A stretch of DNA of 32,000 bases. It comes from Cupriavidus necator (GTDB lineage Bacteria; Pseudomonadota; Gammaproteobacteria; Burkholderiales; Burkholderiaceae). The notes below the pieces were generated by a model. That model was not told the DNA's origin, did no database searches, and was given only the letters and a program-made list of their open reading frames with translations. Shown here in pieces: positions 1 through 5,814 of the stretch. The DNA lies in contig NZ_CP066018.1 in NCBI RefSeq assembly GCF_016127575.1, positions 2,670,001 to 2,702,000 on the forward strand, written 5' to 3'. Position 1 is the stretch's first letter, and each line of letters starts with the position of its first letter. A program made the position numbers and the translations under genes.

Positions 1-2
1 CG

Positions 3-1271
3 GTGTCGTTCGCCGGGCTGATCGAGAAGATCGAGATCCTGCGTTCCACGCTGCGCTGGTCGTCGCGGCTTGACCGGCCGGAGATCGAGAAGCTGCTCAA
101 GCAGGTCACCACGCTGCGCGACGAGGTGATGGGGCTGTCGCACAAGGAGCGCTTCGTGCAGGCCGCGTCGGCCGAGGCGGCCCCGCCGCAGGAAGAAGTC
201 GAGCGCATGCCGCGCGCGCGCCGGCAGGCACTGGTTGAGCGCAGCTTTATTTTCGAAGGGACCTTCGGCGACAACCCCAAGTTGCTGGAGGCACTGGAGA
301 TTGCCGAGAAGGCGGCGCCGACCGACCTGCCGGTGCTGATCGATGGAGAGAGCGGCACCGGCAAGGAGCTGATGGCCAAGGTGATCCATGCCAATGGCTC
401 ACGCACCGACAAGCCGTTTATCTCGGTCAACTGCGGCGCCATCCCCGACAGCCTGCTTGAATCCGAGCTGTTCGGCCACAAGAAGGGCGCCTTCACCGGC
501 GCCAGCAATGACCGCCGCGGCAAGTTCGAGAGCGCGCATACCGGCACCATCTTCCTGGACGAGATCGGCGAGCTGCCGCTGACCGGGCAGGTCAAGCTGC
601 TGCGCGTGCTGGAGGCGCACGAGATCCAGCGCGTGGGCTCGGACGAGGCGATCTCGGTCGATACGCGCATCGTCGCGGCGACCAACAAGGACCTGCGCCG
701 CATGAGCCAGGCCGGCACCTTCCGCGAAGACCTGTTCTATCGCCTGAGCGTGATCCACGTCAGCCTGCCGTCGCTGCGCGAGCGGCGCGACGAGATCCCG
801 CTGCTGGTGTCGTACTTCAGTGACGAGGCCGCCGGCATGCTCAAGCGCCGGCCACTCAAGCTGACGCCGCGGCTGCGCGACTTCCTGCTGCACTACGACT
901 ACCCGGGCAATATCCGCGAACTGCGCAACCTGATGTACCGGCTGAGCTGCCTGGCCGGCGACACCGCCGACCTGGCCCAACTGCCGCAGGACATCCGCCC
1001 CAGGCCCGCCGCACTGGCGGTGGTGGGCAATGGCCCCGCCGCTGCCGACATTGCCATGGCGACGTCCCTCAGCGAAGCCAAGCGCGCCGCCAGCGACGAG
1101 GCCGAGCGGGCCTTCCTCGAACGGGGCTTGCAGGAGGTCGGCGGCACCGTCGCCGAACTGGCGCGGCGCTTCGACATGAACCGCTCGCACCTGCAGATGC
1201 TGCTGAAGAAGCACGGCATCCACTCGAAGGATTTCCGCGCCAACCGGCAGGCCGAAGGCGGCAAGGGGTAG
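3..1271 (+). CDS. Sigma-54-dependent transcriptional activator (bacterial enhancer-binding protein); 5' end cut by the window edge
   Basis: The ORF is open from base 3. It carries AAA+ sigma-54 interaction motifs: GESGTGKE (Walker A), ELFGHKKGAFTGA (GAFTGA loop) and IFLDEIGEL (Walker B). The C-terminus has a Fis-type HTH (VAELARRFDMNRSHLQMLLKKHGI). The N-terminal sensory domain lies outside the window. Confidence 0.9.
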   Translation: MSFAGLIEKIEILRSTLRWSSRLDRPEIEKLLKQVTTLRDEVMGLSHKERFVQAASAEAAPPQEEVERMPRARRQALVERSFIFEGTFGDNPKLLEALEIAEKAAPTDLPVLIDGESGTGKELMAKVIHANGSRTDKPFISVNCGAIPDSLLESELFGHKKGAFTGASNDRRGKFESAHTGTIFLDEIGELPLTGQVKLLRVLEAHEIQRVGSDEAISVDTRIVAATNKDLRRMSQAGTFREDLFYRLSVIHVSLPSLRERRDEIPLLVSYFSDEAAGMLKRRPLKLTPRLRDFLLHYDYPGNIRELRNLMYRLSCLAGDTADLAQLPQDIRPRPAALAVVGNGPAAADIAMATSLSEAKRAASDEAERAFLERGLQEVGGTVAELARRFDMNRSHLQMLLKKHGIHSKDFRANRQAEGGKG

Positions 1272-1299
1272 GGCGGCGAGGCCGCCGGCGGTCGTGCCT

Positions 1300-2076
1300 T
1301 CAGGCGTCCAGCTCGGGATTGACCAGGGTCTTGTCAGAGCCGTACGGGTCCGCCGCACGCAGCACCACCACCGACACGTTGTCGCGGCCGCCGGCATCGA
1401 GCGCCATCTGCACCAGCGTCGGCGCGGCCTGCGCAACGTCCTGCTGCGCCAGCACCGCCGCGATGTCGTCATCGTCGACCTCGTTGCTCAGGCCATCGCT
1501 GCACAGCAGGTACACGTCGCCATCGGCGACCTCGGTCAGCAGCTGCTCCGGCGCCAGCGTCGGGGCCGCGCCGACGGCGCGTGTGATGGTGTTCTGCGCG
1601 GGATGGTGGCGCGCTTCTTCCGGGGTGATCAGCCCGCGCGCCAGCAGGCGCTCGACCTGGTTGTGGTCGCGCGTGAGGCGCGCGAACTGGCCGCCGCGCA
1701 GCCGGTACAGGCGGCTGTCGCCGGCCCACACGCAGGCGCAACGGCGATCGCCCGCCAGCATTACCACCACCGTGCTGCCGATGCAGCGCACGCCCAGGCG
1801 CGCCGCTTCATCGACCAGCGCCAGGTTCACGCCCTGCAGCGCCGCGCGCGTGGCGTCGACCCGGTCTTCCAGCCGGGGCTGCGGCGGCAGCGTGGCCAGC
1901 GCCTGGACCACCGCCTGGCTGGCGAAGTCTCCCACGGCATGGCCGCCCATGCCGTCGGCCACTGCCCACAGGTCCTGGCTGGGCAGATCCAGGCAAGCGT
2001 CCTCGTTGCGCTCGCGCACGCGCCCGACGTCCGTGCATGCGGCCGAGGTCCACTGGAAGTGCGAGTCGAAACCCAA
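1300..2076 (-). CDS. PP2C-family Ser/Thr protein phosphatase
   Basis: PP2C motifs are present: TDVGRVRERNEDA, AVADGMGGH, LLCSDGL and GGRDNVSVVV. The start is TTG at 2076, with GGAGA 5 nt upstream. It lies 74 nt downstream of the small-protein gene on the same strand. Confidence 0.85.
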   Translation of the reverse strand: MGFDSHFQWTSAACTDVGRVRERNEDACLDLPSQDLWAVADGMGGHAVGDFASQAVVQALATLPPQPRLEDRVDATRAALQGVNLALVDEAARLGVRCIGSTVVVMLAGDRRCACVWAGDSRLYRLRGGQFARLTRDHNQVERLLARGLITPEEARHHPAQNTITRAVGAAPTLAPEQLLTEVADGDVYLLCSDGLSNEVDDDDIAAVLAQQDVAQAAPTLVQMALDAGGRDNVSVVVLRAADPYGSDKTLVNPELDA

Positions 2077-2150
2077 TCTTGTCTCCGGTCCGCGTCAAGC
2101 CCCGGACCAGCCGGGGCACTGCCACGGCGGCGCTGGCGCTCAGATCAGCA

Positions 2151-2444
2151 TCAGATCAGCCTGCCGTCGTTCCTCGCGCCCTGGTCGCCCTGGACATTGA
2201 TGTTGGCGTTTGGCGCGTTGTTGCGGATATCGATGTTCTGGAACTGGTTGTTCATCTGATCAGCATAGAAGCTGTAGTTGATCTCGTAAAAGTTGATCAC
2301 CGTCCCGAGCGGCAGCGGAGACGAGGGCACGAACGGGCGGATCCACCCGAACACCCACTGCCCGCCGGCGCCGCGCACGCGGGCCATGGCGGCGGGAGCA
2401 AGTTCGCGGCAGCTGGCGAGGTCGTTGATTGCAAGGGTGGCCAT
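2151..2444 (-). CDS. Small (97 aa) hypothetical protein with a double-glycine-type leader-like N-terminus and an Asn/Gln-rich C-terminal part
   Basis: ATG at 2444 (complement) has GGAGA 6 nt upstream. It sits about 40 nt downstream of the predicted start of a consensus sigma-54 promoter. The N-terminus reads MATLAINDLASCRELAPAAMARVRGAGG. The 248-aa ORF in the track is an in-frame upstream extension that would run through the promoter. Confidence 0.6.
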   Translation of the reverse strand: MATLAINDLASCRELAPAAMARVRGAGGQWVFGWIRPFVPSSPLPLGTVINFYEINYSFYADQMNNQFQNIDIRNNAPNANINVQGDQGARNDGRLI

Positions 2445-2495
2445 GTTCGGTCTCCGGTGGATGTGGCGTGGCGCCGGGGGCGGTACCGGTATTGA

Positions 2496-2510
2496 GCAAG
2501 GCGCGTGCCA
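2496..2510 (-). promoter_or_regulatory. Sigma-54 (-24/-12) promoter for the small-protein/PP2C operon
   Basis: The minus strand reads TGGCAC-GCGCC-TTGC(T), matching TGGCAC-N5-TTGCW with correct GG/GC spacing. It is about 50 nt upstream of the ATG at 2444. A sigma-54 activator gene is adjacent. Confidence 0.7.
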
Positions 2511-2908
2511 CAGCATGGGTGTGGCAGCAGGTCGACTGGAAACCCAAGTCCGGCGCGGGCTGCAGGGCGGGGCGGGGACAATGGGGCCCACCCCGGCAGT
2601 CCAGCCACGTTGGCCTCGACCCGACACCCGGCCAGCCAGTGTCGGGATGGACCCACCACAGCGCAAGCATCGCGCGATCCCTGCCGCCAGCCCGCCCAGG
2701 CCGCGCGGCGCGGGGCGAATGGTGGCTGCCAGCCAACAGAGTTGCCGCCACGCGGTTGGTTGCCATCCGACACTCGATCCCATCCAAAACCCCCGGATTT
2801 CCGCCAAACCGTTGTCGGGCCGTGCCTCCCTGGTATTGGCATGGTTGATGCGGTTGGTCTGGCACGAAGCAGCAATGCTTGCAGCAACCAGACACACCGA
2901 GGCCAGCC

Positions 2909-3394
2909 ATGAACATCCAGGAACAACAAGAACGCGCTACCGGCAGCGACGATCGTTTCGCGGACCCGCTGCCGCTCGGCGCCCACCTGGTCACCGAACG
3001 CCACGGCTACGCCCATCATGGGATCTACGCCGGCGCCGGCCGCGTCATCCACTACGCCGGTTTCGCGCGCTCCCTGCAGGCCGCGCCGGTTGAAGAAACT
3101 ACCCTCGAAGCCTTCGCCGCCGGATTCGGCATCGCCGTCAGGCCGGAGCCCTGCGCCCGCTTCGCCGGCCGCCAGGCCGTCGAACGCGCCCGTTCCCGCG
3201 TGGGCGAAAACGCCTACCACTTGCTGACCAACAACTGTGAGCATTTCTGCTCCTGGTGCCTGTCCGGCGAAAGCCGCAGCGAGCAGGTGGAAACATGCAT
3301 GCGCCGCCCGCGCGCCGCGCTGCACATCGGCTGGCTGCTGCTGGGCGCGCTGCTGCAAGCCCAACTGGGCGGCCTGAACCTGGACCTCGCCTGA
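2909..3394 (+). CDS. LRAT / NlpC-P60 superfamily (H-box plus NCEHF motif) protein with a hydrophobic C-terminal segment
   Basis: The catalytic-type motifs HHGIYAG and LLTNNCEHFCSWC are typical of lecithin-retinol acyltransferase-like papain-fold proteins. ATG at 2909 has GAGG 6 nt upstream. The C-terminal stretch ALHIGWLLLGALLQAQLGGL looks membrane-associated. Confidence 0.7.
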   Translation: MNIQEQQERATGSDDRFADPLPLGAHLVTERHGYAHHGIYAGAGRVIHYAGFARSLQAAPVEETTLEAFAAGFGIAVRPEPCARFAGRQAVERARSRVGENAYHLLTNNCEHFCSWCLSGESRSEQVETCMRRPRAALHIGWLLLGALLQAQLGGLNLDLA

Positions 3395-3428
3395 ACCGCG
3401 CGGCCATCACCGAATCAAGGAGCCTGCC

Positions 3429-3659
3429 ATGTCCGGACTGATCGACTGGGAATTGCGCTGCAACCTGCGCGGACAAGCCTGCCACCGCAGCTGCGCCACT
3501 GCCGCCGCCAACTGCGCCCGCGGCCACCACCGGCCGGGGCGCCGCGCCCTGCGCCATGCCGGCCGGCCGACGCGCCTGCCATCGTCCGGCCGCCTTGCCG
3601 GGCGAGGCCGCCGGGACGGGTCCGCCACTGCCGGCGAGCCGGGCCGGTGCGGATTTTGA
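3429..3659 (+). CDS. Possible small basic Cys-containing protein (76 aa); doubtful
   Basis: A strong SD (AAGGAG) lies 6 nt before the ATG, 34 nt after the LRAT-like stop. By eye this frame has the highest third-position G/C of the frames compared. The Arg/Gly/Pro/Ala-rich composition also fits an out-of-frame artefact of GC-rich DNA. Confidence 0.25.
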   Translation: MSGLIDWELRCNLRGQACHRSCATAAANCARGHHRPGRRALRHAGRPTRLPSSGRLAGRGRRDGSATAGEPGRCGF

Positions 3660-3665
3660 TATACT
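3657..3665 (+). promoter_or_regulatory. Possible extended -10 promoter (TGaTATACT) for the tRNA gene
   Basis: TG-n-TATACT lies about 55 nt upstream of the tRNA 5' end. No convincing -35 element was seen. Confidence 0.3.
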
Positions 3666-3721
3666 CCGGGCCGTCTCCAGGATCACCGCGCCCGCGGTTC
3701 CCGATCCTGACAGTCCTGTCC

Positions 3722-3796
3722 CTCGCCGTAGTTCAATGGATAGAACGAGCGCCTCCTAAGCGCTAGATACAGGTTCGATTCCTGTCGGCGGGACCA
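3722..3796 (+). tRNA. tRNA-Arg (anticodon CCT)
   Basis: The cloverleaf was folded by hand. Acceptor CTCGCCG/CGGCGGG; D arm GTTC-AATGGATA-GAAC; anticodon arm AGCGC-CTCCTAA-GCGCT; T arm ACAGG-TTCGATT-CCTGT; discriminator A with an encoded CCA. The D, anticodon and T arms resemble E. coli argW as I recall it. Confidence 0.88.
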
Positions 3797-3960
3797 GTCC
3801 ACAGTCCGTACCCTGTGGTTCCCAGCTGTGCCCTCTCCCCAACTCAATCTAGGTATTCCCCCGGAATTTCAGCCCAAGAAGATGGCGCCAGCCTCGCCGT
3901 CGAGGGCCTGGATTGACAGGTGCTTCATGCTACGATCCTCCAAACTCCGGAGCGCTCGCC

Positions 3961-4170
3961 ATGGAACTGAAATACAAAGGCCGAGAGATCTCAATCCAGG
4001 CCAAAAAGGACTCGGGCGGCCAGTGGGACTGGTCATATGGCATCCGCGGTCACGGACACCGGCACAACACCGGGGCGCTTGCTCCCACGGAATCGGTCGC
4101 GATCGATAACGCCTATGCGTGCGCGAAACGGGAGATTGACCAAGCCACTTCAGGCGACGCCAACGACTGA
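3961..4170 (+). CDS. Hypothetical small protein (69 aa)
   Basis: ATG at 3961 has GGAG 8 nt upstream. It lies in the AT-richer stretch just 3' of the tRNA. No recognisable motif was found. Confidence 0.45.
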   Translation: MELKYKGREISIQAKKDSGGQWDWSYGIRGHGHRHNTGALAPTESVAIDNAYACAKREIDQATSGDAND

Positions 4171-4201
4171 CACTTCCTGAATGCCACTAGTGGAGAAAGA
4201 C

Positions 4202-4438
4202 ATGGATCTCCAAGGGTTCACGTATTACCGCGACCACTGGTATGAAGCATCGGCAACGTCCCTTGGCGTTGGCGGCCCCTGGCAAGGTGAGGTGACCATC
4301 TGCGCGAAAGCGGCGGATGGCGCGCCACTCAAGGTCTTCGATCACCATCTTGTTCCGGGCCAGTTCTTCAGCGAAGGCGAGGCATGGCAGCATGCCTCGG
4401 ACTGGGCCAGGAAGCAGATCGATGCGCGCTTTGGCTAG
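4202..4438 (+). CDS. Hypothetical small protein (78 aa)
   Basis: ATG at 4202 has GGAG 6 nt upstream and is 31 nt after the previous stop. The C-terminal pattern (EGEAWQHASDWARKQID) parallels that of the upstream ORF (ESVAIDNAYACAKREID). Confidence 0.45.
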   Translation: MDLQGFTYYRDHWYEASATSLGVGGPWQGEVTICAKAADGAPLKVFDHHLVPGQFFSEGEAWQHASDWARKQIDARFG

Positions 4439-4465
4439 CACGCGCGCCAGTCGCTGCGCAAGTGC

Positions 4466-4837
4466 TCATGCCGCACTGCGTTCGGCGATCAGCACGTTCG
4501 CGGGAATCTTCAGGTCACGGTGCAGCCGCCGGATCATGGCCAGACTCAGCGCGCGCTTGCCATTGAGCACTTCATATACGCGGTTGAGGTTACCCAGGTA
4601 CGGTTGCATGTCGCGTGGCGTGAGGCCAGCTTGTTCCATGCGAAAGCGGATCGCGGCGATCGGATCCGGCAGATCCATCGGAAAGTGCCCGGCTTCATAC
4701 CGTTCCACCAGCATGGAGAGGATTTCCAGCTTGTCGCCCTCAGGCGTGTCGGGCACAGGGTCTGCGTCGACCAGGGCGGAGACCGCGGCCAGCGCTTCCT
4801 GGTAGTCGGCTTCAGTGTGCAGGGGGCGGATATCCAT
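4466..4837 (-). CDS. higA: HigA-family antitoxin (XRE-type HTH)
   Basis: The N-terminus MDIRPLHTEADYQEALAAVSALVD and the HTH region LNGKRALSLAMIRRLHRDLKIPANVLI resemble the E. coli-type HigA architecture. It starts 5 nt after the higB stop (a GTG at 4846 would overlap it). GGAG lies 8 nt upstream of the ATG at 4837. Confidence 0.8.
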   Translation of the reverse strand: MDIRPLHTEADYQEALAAVSALVDADPVPDTPEGDKLEILSMLVERYEAGHFPMDLPDPIAAIRFRMEQAGLTPRDMQPYLGNLNRVYEVLNGKRALSLAMIRRLHRDLKIPANVLIAERSAA

Positions 4838-4842
4838 GGTGA

Positions 4843-5145
4843 TCACTCCATTTCCGCGGTGGCGGCGTCTATGCGGTCATAGTCGAGATGGGTGCCGATG
4901 AACTTCACGCAGACGACCCCCAACCGGTATGCGACAGCGACGATAAGCCGGTACTTGTTCCCGCCGAGATTGAAGACCACGCGGTTGCTGCCGACGAAGC
5001 TGGCACTGGCGTAGCGTGCCTTGATGTCCCTGGGCGCGGTCCAGGCCGCGCAGCGGGCTTCTTCATGCCAGGCAAGCAGCGGTTGCCTGGCTTCGGGGTG
5101 GAACTTGCTGAATTGCAGCAAAGACCTCTTCGCTATGATTCGCAT
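4843..5145 (-). CDS. higB: HigB-family (RelE/ParE superfamily) toxin, mRNA interferase
   Basis: The 100-aa protein MRIIAKRSL...VVFNLGGNKYRLIVAVAY...KFIGTHLDYD aligns by eye along its length with E. coli K-12 HigB (VFNVGGNELRVVAMVFF...THKEYD). The toxin-first gene order is typical of higBA. Confidence 0.8.
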   Translation of the reverse strand: MRIIAKRSLLQFSKFHPEARQPLLAWHEEARCAAWTAPRDIKARYASASFVGSNRVVFNLGGNKYRLIVAVAYRLGVVCVKFIGTHLDYDRIDAATAEME

Positions 5146-5158
5146 GTGGGCAATGCCA

Positions 5159-5204
5159 GTCCCAAAATGGGACTGCGGCAAGAGTGGATGAGGGGTCATC
5201 CACT
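5159..5204. promoter_or_regulatory. Two perfect palindromes upstream of higB (candidate HigA operators, or a terminator of the SMR gene)
   Basis: GTCCCA-AAA-TGGGAC lies at 5159-5173. AGTGGATGA-GGGG-TCATCCACT lies at 5183-5204. Both are in the 76-bp gap between the SMR stop and the higB start. Confidence 0.35.
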
Positions 5205-5221
5205 GCCGAGCATACCTACGA

Positions 5222-5554
5222 TCAATGCGCGCTAGTCTTCGAAAACAGCTGAATGACGGCGACGCCGGCAATAATCAGACCAATCCCAGCGCAAGCCGCC
5301 AGGTCCGGCACCTGCCGGTACAGCACCACCGCGATCAGCGATACCAGTACGATCCCGGCCCCGCTCCAGATCGCATAGGCAATTCCCACCGGCACTGTCC
5401 GCATCACCAGCATCAGCAAATAGAACGCCGCCACATAGCCGGTCACGACCAGCACGCTGGGGACCAGCCGCGTAAAGCCCTGCGACGCCTTCAGGCTGCT
5501 GGTGGCGATGACTTCGGCGACGATGGCGAGGGCGAGGAGCAGGTATCCGTTCAT
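5222..5554 (-). CDS. emrE: SMR-family multidrug efflux protein (EmrE/Qac type)
   Basis: The 110-aa protein has four TM segments, the conserved membrane Glu in AIVAEVIATS, and GFTRLVPS and PVGIAYAIWSGAGIVLVSL matching E. coli EmrE. The ATG at 5554 is preferred over the TTG at 5566. Confidence 0.85.
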   Translation of the reverse strand: MNGYLLLALAIVAEVIATSSLKASQGFTRLVPSVLVVTGYVAAFYLLMLVMRTVPVGIAYAIWSGAGIVLVSLIAVVLYRQVPDLAACAGIGLIIAGVAVIQLFSKTSAH

Positions 5555-5814
5555 GGGAGCGTACAAGTGGGTGGGCCGAAACGGGCCGAAGCCGGCATCT
5601 TAGCGCTCCCGCATGTTGCGCCAAAGCCGCGTCCCTCCGTTGCGGTGGTTGTGCAAAGCGGTGATGGAGGATTGAATGTGGCTATAACGAAGAGAACAAG
5701 CGGGCGCATGGCCGGCCCGCGGCACAAGTCCTACAGGGCAGTCGCGGTAGTTGGCCCGACCAAGCCGGCACGAACCCCACGATGCCGGCGGCGGGCATGG
5801 GTAAGGGGAGCGGT

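Noticed and set aside
2860-2882. Second TGGCAC motif (TGGCACGAAGCAGCAATGCTTGC) as a sigma-54 promoter
   Set aside because: The nearest GC dinucleotide is one position off (TGGCAC-N5-AGCA), and the TTGC is 8 nt too far away. The spacing is incompatible with -24/-12 geometry.
2445-2897. Upstream in-frame extension of the small protein (248-aa ORF), and overlapping ORFs 2260-2994, 2293-3093 and 2297-3364
   Set aside because: The products are low-complexity Pro/Arg/Ala-rich and lack RBS support. The consensus sigma-54 promoter lies inside the extension, so transcription most likely starts downstream of it.
3913-3936. TTGACA ... TACGAT as a sigma-70 promoter for the first islet ORF
   Set aside because: The spacer is only 12 nt, which is incompatible with a functional -35/-10 pair. 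The TTG at 3913 used as the ORF start in the track also lacks an RBS.
5555-5700. Guanidine riboswitch (mini-ykkC or ykkC-III) upstream of the SMR gene
   Set aside because: SMR genes are often guanidine-riboswitch controlled, so I read the minus-strand leader. I found no ACGR-tetraloop hairpin pair and no ykkC-III-like pseudoknot sequence. Only a GGGCCGAA direct repeat is present.
3797-5800. Direct repeat of the tRNA-Arg 3' end (attL/attR) delimiting the islet
   Set aside because: I scanned by eye for GATTCCTGTCGGCGGGACCA-like sequence and found only a weak CGGCGGCGGGCA resemblance near 5786. This needs a computational repeat search before any claim.
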